A stretch of DNA of 64,000 nt, from positions 10,912,001 to 10,976,000 of the forward strand of contig NC_043001.1 of assembly GCF_006345805.1 (NCBI RefSeq), read 5' to 3'. The number at the start of each line of letters is the position of its first letter. Within the stretch, counting starts at the first letter, position 1. The stretch is from Octopus sinensis. Lineage: Eukaryota. The position numbers and the translations under genes were made by a program. The notes under the pieces are model-generated. The model did not search any database and was not told where the DNA came from. It saw only the letters and a program-made list of their open reading frames with translations. This document shows positions 37,530-50,059 of this stretch, one piece after another.

Positions 37530-37920
37530 TGTACATGTTGCAGTCATTAGACTGCGGCAATGCTGGGGCATCACTTGAAGAAATTCCAGCCGAACGAATC
37601 GATCCCAGTGCTTATTTTTGAAAGCCTGGGACTTACTGTCGGTTATTTTTGTCAAAAGTTATGGGGATATAAACAAACCTACACTGGTTGCCAAGTGGTG
37701 CTGAGGAAAAACAGATACGAAGATAGGCGCGCGCGCATACACATACATATTCATACGTGAACACACGCGTACTTATATACGACCGGCTTCTTTCACTTTC
37801 CGTTTACTAAATCCTCTCACAAATCTTTGGTCGGCCCGAAGCTGTAGCAAAAGACACTAGTCTAAGGTGCCACACAGTGGGACTGAACCCAGATCCATGT
37901 TCTTACCACACAGCCACGCG
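37530..37920 (-). mobile_element. Degenerate SINE B
   Basis: B motifs on the minus strand. Confidence 0.8.
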
Positions 37921-39044
37921 TAGATCACTATTAAATTCCAGTTATTGTTAATATCAAATCAGGAAAAAAATATCTAAAAAGCAAAACCAAAAACCACTTT
38001 ACTACCCTGTCTGTGTTAAACTTTGAATTATGCCTCCCTAATGAAAGAAACCCCTAATTGCTGTCTATTTACGTTATTACCAAAACTTTCTCTGCAATCA
38101 CAATATTTTGTTCCATAATCATAATACCTTTGGTTTCTTACAGCCATTGCAACACAAGTATATTTATACTAAATATACTTTTGGTTGTCGGCTTTACCAA
38201 TAATTACCTTTTAGTCGGTAGTAACCTTACACGTTCTTAGTTCAATGAAATAGCTCTCCATTACCCCATCACTGAAGGCTTCCTTGTTGTTACCACTTTC
38301 TTATTAGTACTACACAAAATCTAATTTTAAATCAATTTTGTTGCAGTCTGGAGTATTTCTTCGCCCTTACTCTGATCATATACAATCATACAACTAAACC
38401 ATTTAAGTTCAGATACACGTAATCAGTTTGGTTCGATAAGACGACAAAATATAGACATCTCACTTATAGTTCCCCATTGAAGACAACAACAAGAACGAGA
38501 ACAAAAACAATATTGATTAAAGAAATCAGAACAAAATGGCGGCAGGACGAGATGACGACGACGAATAAGAAACTAAGGGGAGAATAGGTCAGATGAAATC
38601 ATTAAATCATAATTCTTAACTATGACATTTTTAGTGCTTTTCTCTCACTTTGCAACAAAACACATGAAAATTGTTTGTTTGTTTCTTTCTTTCTATTATC
38701 ATTTCGATTTGTTCGCCTCTCTCGAACTGGGTTACAATAAATCTTGGCAATTGGGTTATATTTGACTGCTAAATTAGGGCACAGGTCGTTGCTTGAAATA
38801 AGGTTTGGTTTTGAGTTTTGTTGTTTTTGAATTTGTAGCCCAAAGGAAGACAAGCAACGTCAACAAAAATGTCAGTTTTTAATGTGTGAATGTAAGGACG
38901 GTGGTTATGGCGTATATTTTTTCTTACTTGTGATGGCGGTTATGGCGTATATTTTTATTTGTGATCACAACGTGAGGTAGGTTTAGTGTGAAGACAATAA
39001 ACCAGACCTAAGGTTTCAGTTTCAAACATTTTATCGGCGAAGAC

Positions 39045-39180
39045 ATGGCTGTGTAGTAAGAAGCTTGCTTCCAAGCCGCATGGTTCTGGATTCAGTCACG
39101 CAAAGGGTCTTCTGTTATAGCCTCGGGTCGGCCAAATGTCTTGCGAGTGGATCTGGTAGACGGAAACTGAAGACAGGCCG
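39045..39180 (+). mobile_element. SINE B 5' part; B 3' parts lie at ~40025-40100 and ~40340-40565
   Basis: 'catggctgtgtagtaagaagcttgcttcc..ggtagacggaaactgaa'. Confidence 0.8.
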
Positions 39181-39189
39181 GCGTATCTG

Positions 39190-39258
<69 letters not shown>

Positions 39259-39665
39259 ATATATATTTCTATCTATCTATCTATTTCTATCTATCTATCT
39301 ATCTATCTGTCTGTCTGTCTGTCTGTCTTTCTTTACATATATATATGTGTGTGTATATATACATATATATACACATATGTGTGTGTATATATACATATAT
39401 ATATATGCACATATATGTGTATGTATATATACATATATATACATATGTGTGTGTATATATACATACACATATATATATATATATATACATACACATATGT
39501 GTGCATGTATATATATGTATGCATTTATATATCAAAATGGTGTTAAAGACAGAAACACCTACAAATTCATCAACTCCAAACCATATTAACTCAACCAAGC
39601 CACAAAATATGAAATATTATTCTTACTAATTCTTATATCTTTAATCCCAAATTTTCCATATTACG

Positions 39666-39761
39666 GACTACACGTGTTTCATGAGGGTACATATGGTATT
39701 GTTAAGACCGAAATTCTTATTCAAAAACTCATTTTGTTTACGCACTCCCAATCTTCAGGTC
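39666..39761 (-). ncRNA. Type-I hammerhead ribozyme with extended stem II
   Basis: gac-CTGAAGA-t-tgggagtgcgta..(~45 nt)..tatgtaccctca-t-GAAAC-acgt-GTA-gtc. 11 of 12 stem II pairs over U.U; ACACGUGU palindrome. Confidence 0.8.
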
Positions 39762-40133
39762 TTCTTTCCCCACATTTATAGATATAACTACTCCTTATAT
39801 ATCATTATGTTTGTCAAAATTAATTACAAGTATGTAAGTATAAATAAGTAAATAAATAAATTCATGAACCTTATAAATTTAAGACAGAAATTTAAGGAAT
39901 AAAAACGGATATGAAGTACGACTAAAAAATACGAATGAAAAAATGTGAATAACTCCGGATAAAAATTATGATTATAAAATACGAATAAAAATACGTAAAA
40001 TTAATAAACTAATATAAAAAAAATAATATATATTTACTAAAAAGTGGTGCTCCAGCATGGCCGCAGTCAAAATGACTGAAACAAACAAACGAATAAAAGA
40101 ATAAGACAACATGCGCATTTATGTGTGTATATA

Positions 40134-40285
40134 GGGAGAGTTTACGAAAAAAACAAAAGACGAAGACAGGTTGTGTAGAAAACAAACAGATGTATTAGTA
40201 TAACGCTTAGGAATAGAAAAAGTATTTTACGTTTCGAGCCTATGCTCTTCTACAGAAAGGGACACAGAAAAAAAAAAAAGGAGAG
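40134..40285 (-). mobile_element. Family E element with hammerhead variant at 40222-40260
   Basis: ttt-CTGTAGA-a-gagc-atag-gctc-GAAAC-GTA-aaa. Confidence 0.85.
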
Positions 40286-40735
40286 ATGTGTGTGCGTGTA
40301 TATATGTATGTGTGTGTAGGTATGTATAAGTGTGTGTGTATATGTGTGTGAGCTGGTGAGTATGTTTGTGTTGCAATTTGTCCCCTAGCACCGCTTTAAT
40401 AACCGGTGTCTGTGTGGTTGTGTCTTCATTTAAAGAAACCGATAGAATAACTACCAGACTTGAAAAGATTATCAATACTTGGTTTCTGTTCGTTCGACTG
40501 AAGTGCTTCAAGTCGGTGCTCCAGCATGGCCGCAGACTAATGACCGAAACAAGTAAAACATAACAGATATAAAGCTGCTTCAGGAAATTTAGAAATGTAC
40601 ATTCAAGAAATTAATAGAACAACGTTGAAAGAATAGAACATTCGGGAAGCTTCTGGATATAATTTGGTGGATACCTCATGAGACTTGTCCAAGGAATTAA
40701 ATCCTTGCTTATCATTAAAATGTTTTACTCACAGC

Positions 40736-41030
40736 CAGTGGCGAACTGGCCAGGTTGCCATCTTACCTGATGGCAAGTGGGCCTTTGCGCCATTAGAATC
40801 CATATAGGGGGGGGGGGGGCATGTTAGTATCTAATGGGCGCATCCCCTCATGTTTGAGAATTTTTTATTCACTCCAGGAAGAATACATTATTTATTTCAG
40901 CCTGGATGGGTTTGTAAACATTTGAAAAGAATACTTTTAATACACAAAAACTTAAATTATAGCATTGTAGTTGTGGGTGGGTCCCCTTAGTCTCATGGCA
41001 ACCAATAATTTTAGACCCAGTCCGCCACTG
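40736..41030. mobile_element. hAT (Tip100-like) MITE, 295 bp
   Basis: TIRs cagtggcgaactgg / ccagtccgccactg; perfect 8-bp TSD 'ctcacagc' (40728-40735 and 41031-41038). Confidence 0.92.
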
Positions 41031-41094
41031 CTCACAGCTTCCGTTTAAGGTTGGTGCCTTTTGTCAAGTACGACATAAGCATGCTACGTAATGG

Positions 41095-41390
41095 ACCTCC
41101 GTCGTTATAACGAGTATTCTAGATGGTCCGATCAATGGAACAACCTTCAAATTAACGTGCAAGTGGTTGAGGACTACAAAGACACGTGTAGCGCTAACGT
41201 AGGTCACAAGGAGATTGAGCGTGACGCAGAATGTGACAACGCTGGCCCTTTGAAGTACGGGTACAACTTACTTTTGCCAGATGAGCTGACTGGAGCAATG
41301 TGAAATAAATTGTCTTGTTCAAGGTCATAACGCTTCGCCGGGAATCGAACTCGCGAACTTAGCGTCATGACCTTAATATCGTAACCATAA
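41095..41390 (-). mobile_element. Old chimeric SINE (D head + C tail)
   Basis: Same structure as 10450-10755. Confidence 0.75.
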
Positions 41391-41504
41391 AACTATATAG
41401 ACAAGCAGCATATATCCCCTCTGACCTGAGGTTGAATTTTCACAAAGGACAGGCGAAAAAAATTAAGAGATTGCCTTAGACGACAAAAATAACATGACCC
41501 ATTT

Positions 41505-41910
41505 GAACTTTCTTTTCTACTCGAGGCACAGGGCCTGAAATTTTGCGGGAGGGAAGCAGTCGATTAGATCGACCCCAGTACGCAACTGGTACTTAATTTA
41601 TCGACCCCTAAAATATGAAAGGCAAAGTCGATCTCGGCGGAATTTGAACTCAGAACATAAAGACAGACGAAATACCTGTTTCTTTACTACCCACAAGGGG
41701 CTACACACAGAGAGGACAAACAAGGACAAACAAACGGATTAAGTCGATTAGAGCGACACCAGTGCATAACTGGTACTTAATTTATCGACCCCGAAAGGAT
41801 GAAAGACAAAGTCGACCTCGGCGAAATTTGAACTCAGAACGTGACGGCAGACGAAATACGGCTACGCATTTCGCCCGGCGCGCAAACGTTTCTGTCAGCT
41901 CGCCGCTTTA
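41505..41910 (-). mobile_element. SINE A dimer (A1 full + A2 headless)
   Basis: Junction 'gtaaagaaaca|ggtatttcgtc'. Confidence 0.9.
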
Positions 41911-42216
41911 TGACCCATTTCAACATGCGATAACTCTGAATCTAGCTGAAAATCATTCGGTTTTACAGAGAAAAAGTTTGAGATAAGGATTAGAGTAAAG
42001 TTGTGTCGTTCAAGGTCTTTGGAAGCTTTGAAAAAGAGGAAAAAAAAAAACTAAAAAAGAAAACGGTAGGCTGCTAGTGAAAGGAGGAATTACAAAATGG
42101 CATGTAAGAATTAGAATCAGTATGGTATGTACAACTGCATGTATGTATGTATGTATGTATGTATGTATGTATGTATGTATGTATGTATGTATGTATATGT
42201 ATGTACGTATGTATGT

Positions 42217-42474
42217 AAAAGAAGAGTCTTCATAATTATGAATAATCACAATTATAACGGAGAGGGTTGCAAAAACCGTTAGATGTCTAGAAATAGCAGT
42301 CAAAAACCAATATTTTCAAGCAAATTATATCTTCTCAGACAGCTTTATTGAGAGGAGATATAATTTGAATGTGTTAATATTGGTTTTTGACTGCTATTTC
42401 TAGACATGTAGAGGTTTTGGTAACCCTCTCCGTTATAATTGTGATTTATTCATAATTCTAAACACTCTTCTTTT
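42217..42474. repeat. Fold-back element with ~120-bp arms
   Basis: 'aaaagaagagt..ataacggagagggtt..ctagaaatagcagtcaaaaaccaatatt' is mirrored at 42350-42474. Confidence 0.9.
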
Positions 42475-42595
42475 ATGAAATTTATGATTATATGTTTGGC
42501 CATTGATATATTCATAAGTAATTATTAGTTCTTTATGGTATATCCTTCGTAATGTATCATTACATTCTTTTTTTACATTTTATATGTATATATAT

Positions 42596-43027
42596 TATAA
42601 TCAAAATAAGCAACAAGGATATCCAGAGTAATGCAGTACGATCGTTTCATGCGACTCCATTTAATTGAACAATGCAAACATTACATCAATTTAAAATGTA
42701 GAGCAATCTTCAGCTGCATAAAAATATAGAATTTAGTTAAATTCGAAGGACTCATTTGCATAATGTTTTATCCAAAATCACAAAGAGGATAAGGAGATAG
42801 ACAAAGAACATGTTTTACTAACAACATCACAGTTGTAACTCTACATTTTAAATTGATGTAATATTTGCATTGTTCAATTAAATGGAGTCGCATGAAACGA
42901 TCGTACTGCATTACATCTGGATAGCCTTGTTGCTTATTTTGACTATAATCACCTTATTTTAAATTATATGGATAATACCGTACTAAATTCTGGTGCCTTC
43001 AATCTAAGTACCATATTCATCTGAATC
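42596..43027. mobile_element. Penelope pLTR-like fold-back element with a hammerhead
   Basis: ~110-bp inverted arms (42596-42703 and 42838-42947). Full hammerhead on the minus arm, 3' half only on the plus arm. Confidence 0.8.
42631..42719 (-). ncRNA. Type-I hammerhead ribozyme with extended stem II
   Basis: atgcag-CTGAAGA-t-tgctc..(~45 nt)..gagtcgca-t-GAAAC-gatc-GTA-ctgcat: 6-bp stem I, intact core, ACGAUCGU palindrome. Confidence 0.88.
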
Positions 43028-43081
43028 TAAATTTTACTGAACTTATATATATATATATAATATATATTATTATAATAGCAA

Positions 43082-44184
43082 TAATAATTCTCTAAATGAG
43101 AATACAGGACTGCTCCGTAATATAAGGGATATTAGCCAACCGAATATGGCTAGGGACAGGGCAGTGGTGGGGGATGTCACTGTTGCATTTAGCCCAGGCG
43201 AACATCAACGTCACCAGGATAGGCCTGACGCCATCACGGCGCCCTTTATCTGCAAAGGGAGATCACTCACCAAGAAGCCGATACCACACACGGACCTAGG
43301 TTTCAAGGTTTATTGCCTAATTATCAACGTGTGGTAGGATCGCCTCTCGATGAACGACCAACTTTGCAAGATGGTGACGTTGATGTTCGCCTGGGGCTAA
43401 ATGCAACAGTGACACCCCCACCTCCCTGCCTGTCCCTAGCCATAGTCGGTTTGCCTAATATCCTTTATATTACGGAGCAGTCACTGTCTATATCTCATTT
43501 AGAGAATTATTATGCTTGTACGAACGGATTTTCGAAATCAGTAAAATGTATTTACTTGAAAATCCTTATATGTATCTTGCAAAGTTGGTCGTTCATGAGA
43601 GGCGATGCCTACCACCACCGTGTGATAATAGGCAATACACCTTGAAACCTAGGTCTGTGTGGTATCGGCTTCTTGGTGGAGTGATCTCCCCTTGCAAGAT
43701 AAAGGACGCCGTGATGGGCGTCAGGCATATCTGGTGACGTTGATGTTCGCCTGGGGCTAAATGCAAAACAGTGACACCCCCACCACCTGCCCTGTCCCCT
43801 AGCCATATTCGGTTGGCTAATATCCTTTATATTACGGAGCAGTCACTGTCTATATCTCATTTAGAGAATTATTATTGCTGTCGAACGGATTTTCGAAATC
43901 AGTAAATGTATTTACTTGAAAATCCTTATATGTATCTTGCAAAGTTGGTCGTTATCGAGAGGCGATGCCTAACACACGTTGATAATAGGCAATACACCTT
44001 TGAACCTAGGTCCCGTGTGTGGTATCGGCTTCTTGGTGAGTGATCTCCCTTTGCAAGATAAAAGACGCCGTGGATGGCGTCAGCGTCAGCCTACTGGTGA
44101 CGTTGATGTTCGCCTGGGGCCTAAATGCAACAGTGACACCCCCACACCCTGCCCTGTCCGTAGCCATATTCGGGGGCTAATATC

Positions 44185-44190
<6 letters not shown>
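43082..44190. repeat. ~362-bp unit: one inverted partial copy followed by ~2.3 direct tandem copies, next to the gap
   Basis: 'ggtgacgttgatgttcgcctgggg' recurs at ~43372, ~43733 and ~44096; 43082-43370 is the reverse complement of part of the unit. Confidence 0.9.
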
Positions 44191-44223
<33 letters not shown>

Positions 44224-44266
44224 GGTGGTGTGTGTGGTATAAATGATAGTATATATGTATATATTT

Positions 44267-44366
44267 NNNNNNNNNNNNNNNNNNNNNNNNNNNNNNNNNN
44301 NNNNNNNNNNNNNNNNNNNNNNNNNNNNNNNNNNNNNNNNNNNNNNNNNNNNNNNNNNNNNNNNNN
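44267..44366. other. Assembly gap (100 N)
   Basis: Run of n. Confidence 1.
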
Positions 44367-46410
44367 CACATTGAATAATTGAACACTACGCTTATAATAG
44401 ATGGCTTATCTATGAACATGTAGTGCTTACCGTTCACATCACCATTTTCTTGTTTAGTAACTGCCGCAGTACAAGAAGGTGTTATCAATTCGTATTACAT
44501 CGTTGTTTGAGCTACCATACTTCTTGAATTTGGAATTTCGCTTTTGTTTGTTCTATTTTGTGTTTATATTTTTCGAGTTGATGTCCGTTTTATGCCGATT
44601 TTTGCTGCAGATTCATTGAGTTTGTTGATCATGTGTTACCGAGTTGACAGTTTATTAGCCATAGGTGCTATGATATCAGTGAAATTCAAATCCGTCCGCT
44701 GGCTATTTGCCATGTAATGTCTCAATCAGCTGCAACTAACCCTCTGCTTTACACAGTTGATCAGAGTAAGAAAGATGTCAGGTGATAAATCGCATGTACT
44801 ATTTCCTCACAACAGAGTATGTGTTAAAGAAATCTATTTCCTTCCAGTTAAGTTTAACACGGCAGCCAGTTTTGCATATTGTGATAAGATAATGATACAA
44901 CTCTATGAAATATCATGATTTCTCGGAATCTTCGACTTCTTCAGTTGTTTGTTATTAAAATCGTTTAATACATCAACATAGTTAACAAAAGCCAGCAGCT
45001 CACTGTATTTCAAATATTTTATTCTGCAATGTACCAAAGTCTAAATATTTGCACAGTTTTCCTACAGTGGAAGTCAACCTGTTCTAGTCTCAATAAAATC
45101 ATGCAAGAAGTAAGAAGTTCTTCTGATTGTATAAGAAGTGGAACAATGCCAAACTCTATCATTTGGAAAGTTAAATACTATTCTGATATGCAGTTGGCGT
45201 CTTTTGAATGTAGGCTCATTGAGGAAATAAGATTGGTTTGGTGCTAATGTAACTTAATGGGAACCATATTTACAATACCACTATTCTTCTGAATAGTAAG
45301 TAAGGCGGTGAGAGAAAGAGAGAAAAACAGAGAGACGGAGACAGAGAGAAAGAGAGAAAAAGAAAGAAAGAGAGAGATGTTAAATGCTGAACAAGGCATA
45401 TGTACAAATATGGAACACACAAAAAAGAATAAAAAATCAAGTGCAATGGAGAACATAAAATAGATAAAAATTGTGAAGGAACTAAAGATAGCAGCATAGC
45501 ATAGAAGAAGCAAAACAGACACTCCTTGATAAATACCGTATAAAAAGGATGCAATTATTCAATGTAAAATACTGCAAGACATTAACATCAAGGACTTGAA
45601 GTGGCGATAAAATTGTCTCAGCCATAGCAACTAGTAAATAGCCAACAAGAATCAAATTGATATATGCCACAGCAAGAATGGTAACAATGGAAAATAGAAT
45701 GAAGATCTTTAACCATATAGGAAGAACAAAAGAATGGACAAGACTCAAGGGAAGGGCCACTAAAGAAGAATAGCTTATAGAAAACTCAAAGAAGGAATTG
45801 GCCAATTTACTGTCACGGGGATAAAAGAAGAGAAAATAAGAGAAATAAAATGGAAATAAAGAAAAAACAAAATGGCGAGGAAAAAATTTGGGCCGACAAA
45901 GAATGGAAAAGAAACAGTCGTAGAAAGAAAAAGGAAAATAATAAATCAAGACGGAGGCAGAAGTAAAAATAGAGAGAGATATTGTTGCCACAAAACTTAC
46001 AAATATAAATTATATATTTATACACAAGCTGATATATATATCCATATGTGTGTATAGAATGTGTGTATGTGTGTGTGTTGAGCATGTCTGCTCGGTTCTG
46101 TTTTTATCTTTGCATGTATTTTTTTTTTGAATTTTATATTCTATTGATAGTTCTCTTATATTTGCCTTTCTATGTATGCATCCATGTATGTATGTATGTA
46201 TGTATGTATGTATCTATGTATGTATGTATGCATGTATTATGTATGTATGTATGTATGTATGTATGTATATATGTATGTATGTAGGTATATTTGTGTGTTT
46301 ATGTATGTTTGAACGCATCCAATCAATGTATGCATGTAAGTATGTGCATATATATATATATATATACATATATACATACATGCACACATACATACATACA
46401 TATATATATG

Positions 46411-46445
<35 letters not shown>

Positions 46446-46579
46446 ATATATGTATGTATGTATGTATGTATATATATACACGCATAGATATACTTACACG
46501 GAATATTGAAAAATACCTTATCTTATGGAGGAAAATAAATATTTATACACTGACATATATAATGAATATACCATCGCTT

Positions 46580-46634
<55 letters not shown>

Positions 46635-47085
46635 ACACGCACACACATCCCACATCACACACACGCACGCACACATACATATCATTACAGGAGATCTAAA
46701 GAGACGTTGCTTGCATATTGAGAGTTTCCGAGTTTATTTTTTCCACATCACAATTCTGTCATCTCTTCGTCTCTCACAACTCAGAAATTTCTCTGCTACG
46801 CATGGCCATAAATGATTTTTTTCTTCTTCTATAAAACCCACTCTACTCAGGCTTTCCTTTCATCTACATTACGGAATATGATCATATTTTTACTGAGAAA
46901 TTCAATCCGATTTCTAATATTCACTTCTTTTCCGCCCTTGTATTTCTTTATACTTTAAAAACAATATTCACTTGATGTTTTGTTTTTTATTCAGAGTTAG
47001 CTTTGATTGAACAGGTCTACCATCAAAAGCGACTTAAGATGGTCACCCCATATTATTATATAACACTCATTATATATTTTCATTC

Positions 47086-47341
47086 GTGGAGGCGCGTGGC
47101 TTAGTGGTTAGAGTGTCAGCATCATGATCGTAAGATTGTGGTTTCGATTCCTGGACCGGGCGACGCGTTGTGCTCTTGAGCAAAACACTTCATTTCACGT
47201 TGCTCCAGTCAAATCAGCTGGCAAAAATGAGTAACGCTGCGATGGACTGGCGTCCCGTCCAGCTGGGGAACACATGCGCCATGGAAACCGGGAAACCGGG
47301 CCCCCATGAGCCTGGCTAGGCTTTAAAAAAGGGCGCATTTA
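47086..47341 (+). mobile_element. SINE family D (tRNA head, core, V-domain-like motif)
   Basis: 'gtggaggcgcgtggcttagtggttag..ggtttcgattcc', 'cttgagcaaaacact', and 'gcgatggactggcgtcccgtccag' (reminiscent of the V-SINE central motif). Confidence 0.85.
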
Positions 47342-47366
47342 TATATATATATATATATATATTTAT

Positions 47367-47580
47367 ATTGTGGTTTCGATTCCTGGACCGGGCGACGTGT
47401 TGTGTTCTTGAGCAAAACACTTCATTTCACGTTGCTCCAGTCCACTCACTTGGCAAAAATGAGTAACGCTGCGATGGACTGGCGTCCCGTCCAGCTGGGG
47501 AACACATACGCTATTGAAACCGGGAAAGCGGGCCCATGAGCCTGGCTAGGCTTTAAAAAGGGCACATTTATTATTTATTA
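47367..47580 (+). mobile_element. 5'-truncated tandem copy of SINE D
   Basis: Near-identical to 47135-47341, separated from it by (TA)n. Confidence 0.88.
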
Positions 47581-47805
47581 TATTTTAATCCATATATCTT
47601 CCATCAGAAGGCGCGTGGTTTAGCAGTTTGGGCATTCAGCTCACATTCGAAATGTTATGAGATCGATTTCCGGTGGCGCATTATGTCCTTGACAAAGGCA
47701 TTATTTCACGTTGCTCTAGTTTATACAGCTGGCAAACAAGGAGTTGCACCTGTCATTCAAACAGGCCAGCCGTTTCATGCTGCATCTCTTCTGAGAACTA
47801 CGTTA

Positions 47806-48222
47806 AAGGCGGCGAGCTGGCAGAAGCGTTAGCACGCCGGGCGAAATACTTTGCGGTAATTCGTCTGCGCTACGTTGTGAGTTCAAATTCCGCCGAGGTC
47901 GACTTTGCCTTTCATCCTTTCGGGGTCGATAAATTAAGCACCAGTTACGCACTGGGGTCGATGTAATCGACTTAATACCTATGTCTGTCCTTGGTTGTCC
48001 CCTCTATGTTTAGCCCCTTGTGGGTAGTAAAGAAATAGGTATTTCCTCTGCCGTTACGTTCTGGGTTTAAATTACGCCGAGGTCGACTTTGCTTTTCATC
48101 CTTTCGGAGTCAATTAAATAAGTACCAGTTACGCACTGGGGTTGATATAATCGAGTTAATCCGTGTGTCTGTCCTTGTTTGTCCCCTCTGTGTTTAGCCG
48201 CTTGTTGGTAATAAAGAAATAG
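47806..48222 (+). mobile_element. SINE A dimer (A1 + headless A1), inserted in a C-type tail
   Basis: Junction 'gtaaagaaata|ggtatttcctc'. The C tail resumes at ~48226 ('cgtgtctgtgcaatgctcagccacttg'). Confidence 0.88.
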
Positions 48223-48595
48223 GTAGGCGTGTCTGTGCAATGCTCAGCCACTTGCACATTTAATTTCACGATTAGTGTGGTCCGTTCATCGGATCAACTG
48301 GATCGTCGTAACCGACGGAGAGCCAGTTTTCTTCTTCTTCCGATGACGGAGATTTTGATGCTATTTCAACAGATCGAACGGCAGCATAAAGATTCCTTTG
48401 ATTTTCTTCCTACGTTTTTTATGTTATTGCTGTGGTACCTAAAAGTTTACAGAGCAGAACTAATTCTGTGTATATTCAAAAGTGAATCAAAGAGACTAAA
48501 TCTTTTCTTCGGTGCCAGGAAAGACCTGAGCTTTCATCATTTGCGAATCCTATTTAAAACTCATTCATGCAAGACCATAAAAGTACAAAGTCAAC

Positions 48596-48630
<35 letters not shown>

Positions 48631-48805
48631 CAAACATATAAGGATGGCTATAATAGAACATCCGACTCACTAGAAAGTGCAGCTAAACTCCAAACCACTA
48701 ATATTTTATTTCTCTTTCCATTTCAGAATTACAACTATTAGTGGTTTGGAGTTTGGCTGCTCTTTCTAGTCGGATGTTCTATTATAGCCATCCCTTATAT
48801 GTTTG
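48631..48805. repeat. Fold-back element with ~75-bp arms
   Basis: 'caaacatataaggatggctataatagaacatccgac..ctagaaagtgcagctaaactccaaaccactaat' is mirrored. Confidence 0.9.
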
Positions 48806-48882
48806 AATGTATATTATATAGTCTATTGACTATTTTTTTCTTTCTCAATTGACCGCTAGTAGCGGAGAATTTTACCAACTAC

Positions 48883-49232
48883 ACGGTTCCGGGTTCAGTC
48901 CCACTGCGTGGCACCTTGGGCAAGTGTCTTCTACTATAGCCTCGGGCCGACCAAAGCCTTGTGAGTGGATTTGGTAGACGGAAACTGAAACAAGTCTGTC
49001 GTATATATGTATATATATATATATGCGTGTGTGTGTTTGTGTGTCTGTGTTTGTCCCCCTAGCATTGCTTGACAACCGATGCTGGTGAGTTTATGTCCCC
49101 GTTACTTACCGGTTCGGCAAAAGAGACCGATAGAATAAGTACTGGGCTTACAAAGAATAGTCCCGGGTCGAGTTGCTCGATTAAAGCGGTGCTCCACATG
49201 GCCACAGTCATATGACTGAAACAAGTAAAAGA

Positions 49233-49265
<33 letters not shown>

Positions 49266-49486
49266 TATATATGCGTGTGTGTGTTTGTGTGTCTGTGTTT
49301 GTCCCCCTAGCATGCTTGACAACCGATGCTGGTGAGTTTATGTCCCCGTTACTTACCGGTTCGGCAAAAGAGACCGATAGAATAAGTACTGGGCTTACAA
49401 AAGAATAAGTCCCGGGGTCGAGTTGCTCGATTAAAGGCGGTGCTCCAGCATGGCCACAGTCATATGACTGAAACAAGTAAAAGATA
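48883..49486 (+). mobile_element. SINE B (5'-truncated) plus a tandem duplicate of its 3' half
   Basis: 49030-49232 is repeated at 49272-49486, differing mainly by single-base indels. Confidence 0.88.
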
Positions 49487-49526
49487 TATATATATTATAT
49501 ATATATATGTATATATTTACATATAT

Positions 49527-49866
49527 ATATATAATTATAACAATAAGGGTTTAGCAACAAGTTGCTTGACCACATACCGAAATTTTTAGAAATAGCAGCC
49601 AAAAGACTACTATTTCTTTTTTCTACAAAAATATGTCTCCACAGACAACAATAATTAATCGAAGATCGCGTCCATAATTAATCGAAGACTGTTTGATTTC
49701 ATTATTTTTCTTCTTTTTTGCCATGTGTGAGTTACAAATATTGTTGTCTGTGGAGACATATTTTTGGAGAGAAAGGAAATAGTAGTCTTTTGGCTGCTAT
49801 TTCTAAAATTTTCGGTATGTGGTCAAGCAATTTGTTGCTAAACCCTTTTTGTTATAATTATATATA
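49527..49866. repeat. Fold-back element with ~130-bp arms, in (TA)n
   Basis: 'tataattataaca..gggtttagcaacaa..tagaaatagcagccaaaagactactatttc..aaaaatatgtctccacagacaac' is mirrored. Confidence 0.92.
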
Positions 49867-50059
49867 AAAAAAAACTTTGTGTAAAAGTTTTTACCGAATA
49901 TGGTCCTTTTCCATACCGAAAAACTACTAGGTGAAATTTATTGATTTTATTAAATTAATTATATTACACCCTATATCTGTAATGGTTATATATATATATA
50001 TATATGGTGTTGAATAGATATACTATTAAATTAGTATCTAATTCTCTCACCCTTATTAA

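Noticed and set aside
43700-43780. HDV-like ribozyme in the 362-bp unit (..tcaggc..gcctgg-gg-ctaa..)
   Set aside because: P1 and P2 can be drawn but there is no room for P3/L3.
44900-44950. Minus-strand CUGAAGA..GAAA-ucaugau motif
   Set aside because: Stem I is only 2 bp and stem II 3 bp; consistent with chance.
45482-45991. 169-aa hydrophobic, membrane-protein-like ORF on the minus strand
   Set aside because: It is the reverse complement of an A/G-rich tract, which yields F/L/S/I automatically. The plus strand looks more like a decayed RTE-type C-terminus. No homology recognised.
48883-49486. Tandem SINE B duplication as a biological novelty
   Set aside because: The copies differ mainly by single-base indels, so a local duplication or consensus artefact is likely.
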